A stretch of DNA of 64,000 bases from Zootoca vivipara. Lineage: Eukaryota. The position numbers and the translations under genes were made by a program. The stretch covers positions 38,316,001 to 38,380,000 of the forward strand of contig NC_083292.1 in assembly GCF_963506605.1 (NCBI RefSeq), in the 5' to 3' direction. Positions 1 to 11,210 of this stretch are shown one piece after another. How positions within the stretch are numbered: the first letter of the stretch is position 1; each line of letters starts with the position of its first letter. The notes below the pieces were generated by a model, which worked only from the letters and a program-made list of their open reading frames with translations, ran no database searches and was not told the DNA's origin.

Positions 1-338
1 TCTAACCACTACGCCACACACTGGGCCTCTATGTTAGGGGTTAAAACTCCCATTAGCAGCAGAGGCTGATGGGAGTTGTAGTCCAAGACATCTGGAGGGA
101 GCCACTGGCTAGCTAATTCTTCCAGTTGAGCAATCCTGCAATCCTCCACAGTGACCTTTTAATGCACACACAGGCACATGCGCTTTTTGGATGTTCTGAG
201 CACACTGCAAAATCAGAACAAGTTCAGAATTATAGCAAGCAACTGACACAGGGGCAACACCTCTGTTCCCACAACAATAAACCAAGGAAATCAAAGTAAT
301 GTTAAAAGTGTGTGCACACATGTGGTGTGGTGTGGGGG

Positions 339-388
<50 letters not shown>
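339..388. repeat. (GT)n(GA)n microsatellite
   Basis: Seen directly. Confidence 0.95.
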
Positions 389-393
<5 letters not shown>

Positions 394-3300
394 CTCAGAG
401 AAATAAACCTTGCCACTTCCCTTTTCAGAAGCTACCGGGGGGGGGGGGGGTGTTAATGCAGAAAAGAACCCACCGGGTCCAGCCATTTGAGATTCCAGCA
501 GGATATCTAAAGACCTATAGAGGAAAATCAGCATTTAAAAAATCAGGGGCTGTGAAAGGAAAGGGGTCTTCTTCCAAGCCATCGCCTCCAATAGCCGGAC
601 CTCCTCTTAAAGATTTAAGATTTAAATGGAGGCATTGTTGGGTTAAATGCGGGACACCCACCCACCCAAAAGGAAGCATTGTCATCGCAAATTAGCTGCC
701 ATTCTTTTCCTGAATGAAAGGGGGGGGGCTTACTCTAATGCAGAGAATGCAATATATATCCAGAAGGCAGCTTCTAATAAGGCTTCCTTTCGGCCTTTTG
801 AGTTTGTTGGGGAAAGGGAAGGCTTTGTGTGGCCTACCCTCCACTGCCTGTTGCTTCCCACCCCACCTGCTAGGAACAGCTGCACAGCATGGGCCTCAAC
901 TCTCATGGGGCGCATGTGCGCAGTGGGGCTCTGGTGCTGAGCATGGAGGATATGTAGCAGCTGGCCCAAAGCACAGGAGAACGGGAGACCACAGTGGTTC
1001 CCCAGAGACTCCAATTTTCTCCCTCCTACCCCCCCCATATGAAGCCAATAAAAATCCTCCCCCTTGCTCATTCTGACTGTAAGCTCCTTATGGGCAGAGA
1101 CCTAATGCCATTTTGTTGTTGCTGTTGCTGCAGTTGTTTGCACTCAGGCTACACGTGTGCAAAAAAACCCACACAGGCAGTTGCCTTAGACCACGTCAGA
1201 CCGTTGGCCCACCTAGCTTAGTGGTGTCTACACTGACTGGCAGCAGCTCTTGAGAGTTTCAGGCAGGAAGTTTCTCCCCAGCCCTCCTTGGACTGAAACT
1301 TCTGCAAGCAAAGGCCAATGCTCCATCACTGTGCTACTGTCCTTCCCCAAAAGATTCCAGTAAGCTTCCAGTCCTCATGGTTCTGAACAAAGGACTGGTT
1401 TAAACAGGGACACATGAAGCTGCCTTTTACTGAGTCAGACCTGGCCCAGTATAGTCTACACTGACTGGCAGTGGCTCCCCAGGATTTCAGACAGGGAGTC
1501 TCTTCCAGCCCAGCCTGGAGACGCCTTTGGGGATTGAGCCCGAGTCCTTCTGCATCCCAAGCAGGTACACTACCACCAAGCTTACTCCAGAGAAAACATG
1601 CCAACGATGGAAATAGATTTAGATTTCTCTCCCCCCCACCCTTTAAAGGATTTAAACACACAACCAACACTGATCGCCTGGCCCGGGAGGCAGTGACAGA
1701 TGGACAAGCCCAGCTTTTTCATCTCCTCAGCTCATGAAGCAAGATGCAACACGCCAGGCGAGGCTTGGGGAATGGACAAAAAACAACAAACAAGGCCTGG
1801 GACGGAGGCCTGGCAAGGAGGCCGCCATGCCTGCCTCAGCCCTGGCTGCAAAAAGGGGCAGAGTCAGAGGCAGGGAAAGTCGTTCTGCAAGAGCTTTGCA
1901 GCGCACAGGATCGGCTGGAAAGAGCTACAAAACCTGTTAGGAATTCATCCTGTCATATTAAGTCTCTCCCTCGGCATTTTGGGAGTGGAGAGGAGTTTTC
2001 AGGAGGGAGGAGGCTGTTTTAAAGATCACATGCAGTGTATCAGGAGACAACCTGGGGTGCCCATTTCTGCTCCTGGGCATTTGCGGCAGAGCTCCTGAGG
2101 GGAAGGTCTCAGCTCAGGTAAAATGCCCCGTGTTCAATCCCTGGCATTGGTGGGCAAGATCCATGCCAGAAAACCTGGAGGGGCACTGCCAGCCCGTGTA
2201 GGCAGCATGAGCTAGAAGGACTAAAGGTCTCCTTCTGCAGTAAGGCAACTTCCTAAAGTACAATTTAAAGCCAGCCATTCATTCACAACCCTGAGGACTA
2301 GAATCTTACTTCATCTTCAGGAGAAGCCCTGTGGGAGAGCGACCACCTTGCATGTAGATGTCTATGAGATCGATCCCAGTGGCATCTCTAGGCAGGACAT
2401 CCTTCACCTCTGGAGATGTTGCTTTCTGGGGCTGATGGGATTTGGGAGTCCCAACAACATTCAGTGGAGGGGCACAAAAGCAGTTTCCCACCCTGGTATA
2501 GAAGGCAACCACAGTGTGCAGAAAGGCACACTTGAAGATTATTCAGATCAGTGATCTTCAACCGTGGTCCCCAGATGTTGTTGGGACTACAATTTCCATC
2601 ATCCCTAACTATGCGGGCCAGACATGATGGGAGTTGTAGTCTGACAAGGTAGATGGACACTGATTTAGATGATTATTTATTATTCATTTCGACAATTTAT
2701 ATCCCGCTTGAATACAGTCGTCTCCAGGCAATGAAGCCAAAACAAGTTAAAACTATAAAAAGTCAGAGTTCCATTAAAAAGCCTGCTGCAATTTTTTAAA
2801 GTCTTATGTTAGTGCCAGTGGTTCAATGGGTAGAAGACGGCCTGTCTAAAGCGACTTCCACACAATCAAGCCCACTGCGCTGAATGCATGGCTCCTGAGA
2901 GGCACCCAAGTAATGAGAACCACAAACAGTGACTCTCCCTCAGAGACTGATCAAAGGGATCAGGTGGTCCTAATATGATGCTGTTGGGGCAAGCAGACCC
3001 CCGCCCGCCCCATCCCCATCCCCAACCACCAAACCCCACACCTCTAAGGGAGACGGAAGAGGCAGCTGAGATCAGACAGCTCCTAACTTAACACAACCCA
3101 GTCTTGCACTCTGCTGCCCAGGTCTCAAAATCTGTATCCTGGAGGTTCAATCTAGAACCCCCCCTTTTCCATTCCGTCCTATGCCCCTGCACCCCCAACC
3201 TGAACCATTTTAATATTTCGGATTAAAAACCCGTCTGCTGGGGCCTTCAGCTGAAGTCTGGCACGGCACGCGATTAAATTCCAGTTGTCTTTAAGAGACT

Positions 3301-4689
3301 TAAGCCTTGACCATCTGCTAACTTCCACAGAGACACCCAAGTGGGGAAGGAAAGGAAGGCCAGGAAAAGTGCAATTTTGTAAAGGGAGAAAACAGAAAAT
3401 TAAAAATATATATATTTGGCAGGCTTGGTGTTGCGTTTCAAGGGTCTCCACATTAGCATAGTGGGCAGACAGACAGGGAACCTGCGAAGCATTAAAAATC
3501 TACGTTATCTGGCTAGCATCTACTCTCAGGGTAAACGAAACAAACAAGGCCAGGATACGAAACAGGGAGAACCAAGTGACAACACCTGTCCTGGACTGTA
3601 TGATTTCAAGATGCTGATGGAAAGTGACATAACAAAAATCCCTGAAAGAAGAAAGCTAGCATCTCAAGGAGGAGCCTTACTTTCTTCCTGACATGTAACT
3701 ATCTTTTGGGTTCTTGGTTCTCAGCCCCCTCCACCCTGCCATTTTCATTGCTCTTCCATTAGCATGATTTCAATTCCTGAATGTCAGCACCCATGCTCTG
3801 GTCAGGAATGCCGGTTCACAGAAATTACTGGCACCCATTTAAAAGCATACACGACCCCGCTGGGAATTTGGGAAACAGAATTAATGGTGTCCAACGCAAC
3901 TCAAAAACATTGATGGCCAAATTGGCATTTTAACTCAAGGCTGTCCACCCTCCAAGACCTAGTGGGAAGTTTTAGAAGATCTCCAGCCCTCCAGATGTTG
4001 CTGAAATAGCCACACTACTAGCTATTGGGATTTGGGGGAGACTGACAACACCTGGAGCACCACGGGTCCCCCAGACCCTGACGTAGCACTTCCCATCATC
4101 ACTGCCATGCAGGACTTGGGAAAAGTCCTATAATCTCTTAGGCACTGGAGGGGATGGGATGGGTAAAACGCCAAGCAAAGCTACAGCAGACTCTTGGGCC
4201 GAACCCCCCTCAAAGCCCATTGGGGAGCTGCCTCTCTTTTGCAGAAAAATATCCCCTTCATACTCCTGCTCTGAGCCCTGGGAAAATGGAATCAAAAGGT
4301 TTTAAATGCATAACAGCAAACTAATATTTGATTAACCCCCTCACACCTACTACTGTATGCCTCTATCCATGAATATTTGGAGACTGGGGGTAGGGGTGGG
4401 GAGAAGCTCCAAAATCAGAACACTTCTCCAAATGCCACCAGGGCTCAGCATAACTCCGTTCAAAAGGCAAACAAAAAAACAAACGCAAAACCACAATTAA
4501 GGAAATATTTTCCTGCTTTTTTCCAGGATTTATTTTCAGTTTGGAGGGAGGGGGAAGGTTCTGCCTACTCAACAGTCTGTAAACACAAACTGTCCACAAA
4601 CAGGCAAACAGCAACAACCCGATATTTATTTACACAGTGAATTGATTGATTTTTCAGGTTTTAGGTATCAATTGGCTGGTAGTGAGATA

Positions 4690-5116
4690 CAGTGGAACCT
4701 CGGTTTATGAACACCTCGGTTTACGAATTTTCGGTTTACGAACACTGCAGACCCATCTGGAACGGATTAATTCACTTTCCATTACTTTCAATGGGAAAGT
4801 TCGCTTCAGTTTATGAACACTTCAGTTCATGAACAGACTTCTGGAACCAATTACACCCATGCTTCGGGTTAAGTACACTTCAGGTTGAGTACTCTGCGGA
4901 CCCGTCTGGAACGGATTAATCCACTTTCCATTACTTTCAATGGGAAAGTTCGCTTCAGTTTATGAACGCTTCAGTTTAAGTACTCTGCGGACTGTCTGGA
5001 ACAGATTAATCCACTTTCCATTACTTTCAATGGGAAAGTTTGCTTCAGTTTATGAACGCTTCAGTTTATGAACAGACTTCCGGAACCAATTGTGTTCATA
5101 AACCGAGGTACCACTG
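4690..5116. mobile_element. Tigger/pogo-like MITE with internal tandem units of about 115 bp
   Basis: TA|CAGTGGAACCTCGGTTTATGAAC...GTTCATAAACCGAGGTACCACTG|TA; GGATTAAT-CACTTTCCATTACTTTCAATGGGAAAGTT occurs three times. Confidence 0.85.
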
Positions 5117-7127
5117 TATACAATTCAATAAGGGGTGATGGCAAACCTCTAAAGATTTCTACTCTTCCACCTCCACGAAATCCTAGGAGAAGGAAGTCTC
5201 ACCTCCTCAAAAAAACAAAACAAAACACCCCATCACAAATGTTGTGTATCTTGGGAGGACAAATTTTCTTTCACCCAACCCCCAATCTGAGAATAAAATT
5301 GTTCACCCCTCTCAATAAACTATATGCTTTATATATATTTGTGTGTGGCAATATTAAAATTTTCCTCAGATTTTTTTTTTGGGGGGGGGAGCAGAGAAAA
5401 GAAGGGATCTGGAAATTGCTGTCCATCCCCTTTTACTCTCCCAGGATTGTTTTTTTCTACTTTTGCTGGGGGGGGAGGGTTGAAGAGAAGGGGGGGAAAC
5501 AGGTCAAACCCCTGAAAATGTTTAACTTATTTAAAAGGGTTGAAATCTGGCATTGCTTTCTCAAGTCTACTTTGCTCCCCTAAAATGTTTATTTATCCTG
5601 GGACCTTCTGCATGCAAAGCGTGTGCTCTATCACTAACTTATGCACCCCCCTCAATTTCTTTAATACATATAGGGAGAGAGAAATCCCAGGTTCCCCCCC
5701 CATATTCCTTCACTATGCCTTCAAATCAGGACTGAGCTGCATCCTTCTCCCTATTCCCCCCCCCCCGCAACCCCATTCTATTTTAATGTTGAGATACTCT
5801 ATATCAGTGGTGAAAAAGGGCCATATTTGATGAAGTGAAGGGCCATGAGGGCCAACCAAAGTTGTTGAGCTTTTTTAGGGTTGAGGTTGTTGAGGTTTTT
5901 TTTAGGATTTTAGGAAATAAACCAACCGGCAGGCCGGATTAGGCCCCCGAAACCAACTTTGGACATGCGTGTTCTATATGCAACCTCATATTGTCCCTGC
6001 CTTCTCAAAGGAGTTTTGAGATGGACTCCTTTCTCTCCCTGCATTTTTTAGATCTCACCTCGCCAGTGTGAAGGGGAGCACCAATCTCCCCATGCTCTCA
6101 ATATTATTTTCATGCACAACCCCACCATCCCAGGTTTTTCAGGAGGGAGCACCCATCTTCCTTTCCTCTCAAAGCAGAACTCAGATGCCCCCATCTCCTC
6201 CAGTCTGAGACCCTCCCCACTCCTCGCAGTTCCAGGTTTCTGTTGAGATACATGGATTTTTGGAGTTGGGGGGGGAGGACAGCACCCATCTCCCTTCCTT
6301 TCACCCCCCCGCCAAAAAATCTGCTTGACCTCTCAAAGCAACATTGAAACGGACCCTTCCAACCATCGTGAGCGCCATTCCATCCCAAGTTTGTTTTTGT
6401 GAGTAGGAAACAGAAGAAACCACCATCCTCCTCCTCACTTCCTCCTCTTTCAAAACAGGACTGAAGTGGACCAGTCCCACACCATTTTGAGGTGCCCCCT
6501 CCCAGGATCTATTTACACCGAGATGCACTGAAAAGAGGCGAAGCCCCATGTTATTCTGACTTCCCTCTTTGGGCTCCCCAGAGGGCTTTGTTGGGGGTCA
6601 TCCCTTCCCACATTTTAAGTCTTCAACACCCCCCCCAATCCATCCCATGTTGGGGTGTTGCTCTTTTTCTCTATTTTTGCAGGAGGGAGGAGGAACCGTC
6701 AGCCTGCACCCCCTCCACACACAATTTCCTACCCCCTCAAAGCAGGACTGAAATGCCCCCCCCAATACCAGAACCTCCCCAGTTTATTTAAGCTAATATC
6801 CACTGAGGGATGAAAACCGCCAGCCTATTCTGTACCTCCCCCACTTGTAACCCCCTTGGTGGGGGGGGCCTTGTCCCCCAATCCCTGATTTTGAGAACCC
6901 CCCATCCATTTATGGTGAAATATTCCTCCTTCCCCTCCCATCCCTGTAGCGCCAGACCCTCCTCCCCATTACTCCTCCACAACCCCATCAATGCAGAAGC
7001 CCACCCCATTTTGAGGTCGCCCCCCCTAATAAATCTCCCTCCGCGCCCCCACCCCTTTAATCGAGGCCTCGTGGGCGGGGCCTGGCGAGGCCCCACCCCC
7101 TTAAAGGGGAAGGGCTTTCGGGCCTAC

Positions 7128-7300
7128 CTGCTCGGCTCCGGCTCCCTGGAGCGCCCCGGTGTCGTGTCCGCCTCGGAGAGGGGCAGCTCGCCCAGCGGCT
7201 CCGCAGGCTCCCCGCCAGGTCCCTCTCCCGACTGCGGGGCGGCCTCCGCCTCCTCGACCGCTTCCTGCTTCTCCGCTCCGGCCCGGCCCCGGGTCCCCTC
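7128..7300 (-). other. ZNF687: Non-coding first exon of the next minus-strand gene, probably ZNF687 (coding exons would lie left of this window)
   Basis: Minus-strand donor GAGCAG|GTAGGC at 7128/7127 inside a CpG island, with a G-rich sense-strand tract downstream as at the PSMD4 and PIP5K1A first introns. Identity rests only on synteny (PIP5K1A-PSMD4-ZNF687 are co-oriented in mammals). No coding sequence seen; the 5' end is approximate. Confidence 0.5.
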
Positions 7301-7979
7301 ATTGGCGAGGCTGGTTGCCGCTCTGAGGGTGACCTCCCGGTTGCCTGGCGCTCCATTGGGCGAACGGGACGTCGGTCAAGAGAGGCTCCCGGTCTCCCCG
7401 CCCGCCATTGGGCAAAAGCGGCTATCAGTCAAAGAGTACGTTCCGCCCTCCCCAAACTCGGTCCTCGTCGGGGGCGGGGCACAATCGTTCCGCTCGCTGG
7501 GCAGCCCTACTGGCTGGGAGGCCTGCCGCTCAAATGGCTCGCGCCCTCCTCATCCGCTGTCTATTTGGTGCTTTGCCAAGCAGAGCCAGGAGGAGAGATG
7601 TAGTCAGCTGGGTGAGCCTCCCACCGGCCAGCGTCTATTGGCTAAGGTATACCTATCATTCTCCAAGATATCCAACTAACTATTGGCTAGGGCTGCTTGC
7701 CACTCAGCTCGGTGCCAAACAGCCTTTCTATTGGCTGCGAGCCTCAAGGCGGCCGGGCTTTAATTTCATTCGCTGGCCACCTGAGGGAATACAGAAACGG
7801 CAGCAGGTGCCCATTGGCTGAGGCTTCCCGTCTCAGACAAGAACCGCCTATTAGTATTCGGCAGGGGAGATGGGCGGGGCTTGCAGGGGGCGGGAAATAG
7901 CGTCCCACTCTCTACCTTCTAATTGGCTGTACTTCGTGCTTTTTAAAACGAACAAACCACCAGCGAAATAAAAAAAATT

Positions 7980-8058
7980 CCTTCAGTAGCGCCTTAAAGA
8001 CCAACTAAGTTTTTTATTTTGGTATGAGCTTTCGTGTGCATGCACACTTCGTCAGATC
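7980..8058. mobile_element. Short Penelope-like retroelement fragment
   Basis: CAGTAGCGCCTTAAAGACCAAC...GGTATGAGCTTTCGTG...CACTTC resembles common reptile Penelope termini (recall). Confidence 0.4.
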
Positions 8059-10604
8059 CAGCACTTAGGCTTATTGGGGGAAATCCGTGTCACTCAAATG
8101 AGTTGCCCCCGCCTGAGGCGTCTCACGTCACTTTACTATTGGAAGGCGGGCCGTATTCTTGCCATTCAAAATAATGACTGAGCCCTCTAATAGCTGCACG
8201 CGTGAAGGAACGCCGAAGATCTGGGTGGCGATTGGCCAAAGCAAACGTCCGTCCAAACACTCCTCGCAGGAGGCAGAATGAATGGAAAGCAGCAGTGCCG
8301 CAAGGGATTCTGGGATAGTGGCCTTTAAATGAAGACGCGCAAAGGAGGTCTGAGCGTGAGGCATTATGGGGGAGTAGCGCACGGGATTCTGGGTAATGAC
8401 ACCCTTGACCTAACAAATTGATTCTTTTACATCTGGATCAAACCTTACACAACTGCACCTTCTTGCACCTTCACAACTGCAAGCTCCATTTAGGACATGT
8501 TATTTAATATTAATTAATGGTATTACAACTTAATTTTTTTATTGTTATAAATAATGTTTCTACCAAGGTTGCGGGACACCTGCAGCATGCAATGTGCTGC
8601 TGAGCTATAAGTGGTCAGCATGGCCAGTCCTTGGCGGGAGTTGTAGCGCAGCAACAATGGAAGTGCCTAGGGTTCTTGCCTAGGGAACTTTCCAAAGAGG
8701 AATACAACAGGAAGAGCCTCCCAACTGTGTATGCTCTGTACATTTAAAGCACCCTCCCCAAAAATCCTGGGAACTGTAGTTTACAGAGCTACAATACTCA
8801 GGAAAATTCTAGTCCTCATGGTTCTGATATAAAACAGGAAACTTCCGAGTCAGACCACTGGTGGTCTGTGTACCTCGATGCGGCTCAAGACGGCGACCAA
8901 CAAGTTAAAGCATGCAGTGCCCTCAAGGCCTCCCCGTCCCCTTTTCTCTGAGCCTGGGAGGCATTGTCCTTTGTCCTCCCACCTTGCCAAGGGGAGCCAA
9001 ATGATTTTCATCTCCCGCCGTCCACTTCTCCTTCGCTGCCCTATCGCTGTGATTGGGGTGCATCAGCTTGTAAACAATCTTGCTTTTATGTGCCTCCGAA
9101 ATCAGGCTCTTTCCACCCCGCCACCCTCCCTGAGAGCCAAGGCCTTTCGCTTGGAAGTTTTCCGAGCCGATCGAGTGATGCGGCAGTTTCTCCCGAAAAC
9201 AGGGCCTCGTCTGTGCCTCGGTCCGCTCCGTTTTCAACAGCGAGGTTATCGGGGGAGAGCCTCGGCCTCTCTTTCAAAAGGGCCTTTTCTTCCCAGCATG
9301 TCAGGTGGTGGAACCTGAGAGAGTCGGCCGCAAGCCAGAAAGCTTTTGGCTGGAGGAATGAAGTCTCCTTTCCTCGCCCCCCCCCCCCCCCGACTTCTGC
9401 CGCTCCTCAGAGGGCTCCTGGAATAAAGGGTTGACTATCCTTTAAGTGTAGATCAGAACATCCGCAAAACACGAGGTTGCCATATTTTATTGCATGCTTT
9501 TGAACGACAGTGGGGGAGAGACAAAGGGAAATTCAGCAGCAGGTCAAATCCTGCTGAATGTAAGGATTAGCGGGGGAGGAGGCAGGCTTCACCAGACGAA
9601 TATCTGCCTATTACACGGCAGCCACGCTGGAGAGGAAACTGCTGTAGTTGTAATTCCACCTGTCACTTTATTGAATATAATTTCTTTAAAAAACAGCACA
9701 ACAATCTGCGCTCTTGAAGTAAGCAGCAAATAATTGTAGCGTTGGAAGGGACCTGCAAGGGTCATCTAGCGCAACCCCCTGCAATTTGTCTTGCTTGTCT
9801 GGATGAGGGATGGAGGGGTGTGTGTATGTGTGTACTCAAACAGAGGAAACATATAGACAGACTGCCTTACAGTGAGTCGGACCATTGTGGTCCATTTAGC
9901 TCAATATTGTCCTCACTGACTGGCAGCAGCTCTCCAGGTTTTCGGAGAAGGGGGTTGTCCAAGCCCTAAGTCGAAACGCCAGAGATCAAACCAGGGATGT
10001 TCTGCGTGCAAAGCAGGTGCTCTGCCACAGAGGTATACAGCCGTTCCCTTAAAAATAGGCTTAAGATTCTCATCCTCATGGTTAAAGGTCTGTTTGCAGT
10101 ATTGCACTCTAGAGTCCAAGCAGGGAATGAAAAAAGAAGAGTGTCTATCAGGGCATGAGCAGAGTGCACCCACTTTCTCATTAGGAGATTGGGTATCCCA
10201 GCCAGAGATCCTTTTTAACTGTAAAATACGATGAAGGTTCATGCCAAATGCTTGCCTTACTCCGAATGCATTCATTGAAATTAAGGGGAATTTGCAGGGG
10301 TTGGTCTAGATGTCCTCAGGGTCCCTTCTATCTCCAGAATTCTGCGATTAACTTAGATCTATTGGTTTCAGGGAGTCTCCTTCCACTTCGCTGGATGCAA
10401 CCCTCTGTAACCCTCAGCCCACAAGTGGAAACAGAACTAGCCCTATAGAAAAGGCCTTTGCACCTTGCTGGGCAGCAGGTATTTGGGGGCAGAAGGTGGG
10501 GAGAGGCGGCAAAAATTTATTCAGTGCCCCCATGAGAGCCTGGAGCTGGGATGTGCACAGAGGGGGCTATTGTTTGGTAGGGCTCTGTGCCAGGCAGCCG
10601 AGAC

Positions 10605-10614
10605 TTTATAAGAG
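10605..10614 (+). promoter_or_regulatory. TATA box of the SFTPC-like gene
   Basis: TTTATAAGAG about 85 nt upstream of the ATG at 10692, consistent with a TSS near 10635-10640. Confidence 0.6.
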
Positions 10615-10691
10615 CTTCCCGCTGGCATCTCACACGCCTACGGAGAAGCCAAAGTCTGGATCCATTCAGCCCTACCGTTGGGGAAGAGAAA

Positions 10692-11155
10692 ATGGTGAGC
10701 GAGGACAAGAACCCCGAATCATGGCCGGCAGGGCTGCACCTCAAGAGCCCACCCTACGTAAGTAGTTCACTTTAGAAGTGAGGGGGGGAAGGCCACCTCA
10801 ATTTTTAAACCCCATTGTGTCTCCCGTTCCTTTAACCGCTGCTCAACAGGCAGGAATCCATCAGGGGAAGTTCTTCCCAGCCTTGTGTGGTTGCCGTGTG
10901 CAATGGCGGGGGAGAGAAGCTGCACCGGTGGGATTTCTGCCTGCTGCCCTGCTAGGGGGTAGGGGTGCAACTTCCAGTGTGGGAATGCCTACGGTTATTG
11001 ACTTGCCATTTTTTAAATCTTCGGGGCTCGGTTCTCCAGCGCGACGAGAGCACTCTGAAGCATGTGCAGAGTGCAAATGCAGAAACAGGCTGACATTTCA
11101 CAGATTTTAGAAAAGGGATTTCAGGTGCTGTGAGATGCCATTACCTTCATCTTTC

Positions 11156-11210
<55 letters not shown>

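Larger units (their letters stand above)
7050..8400 (-). promoter_or_regulatory. CpG-island promoter with 10 co-oriented CCAAT (NF-Y) boxes, GC boxes and ZNF143-like motifs
   Basis: ATTGG at 7301, 7355, 7407, 7637, 7682, 7730, 7813, 7922, 8138 and 8231; several GGGCGG; GGATTCTGGG(A/T) and GCATTATGGG motifs at about 8303-8397; high CpG density. Confidence 0.75.

Noticed and set aside
4750-5090. CRISPR-like repeated units
   Set aside because: Eukaryotic DNA; these are tandem internal repeats of a MITE without unique spacers.
6810-7679. 289-aa plus-strand ORF
   Set aside because: Stop-poor CpG-island sequence, Pro/Ser/Gly-rich, with no recognisable homology.
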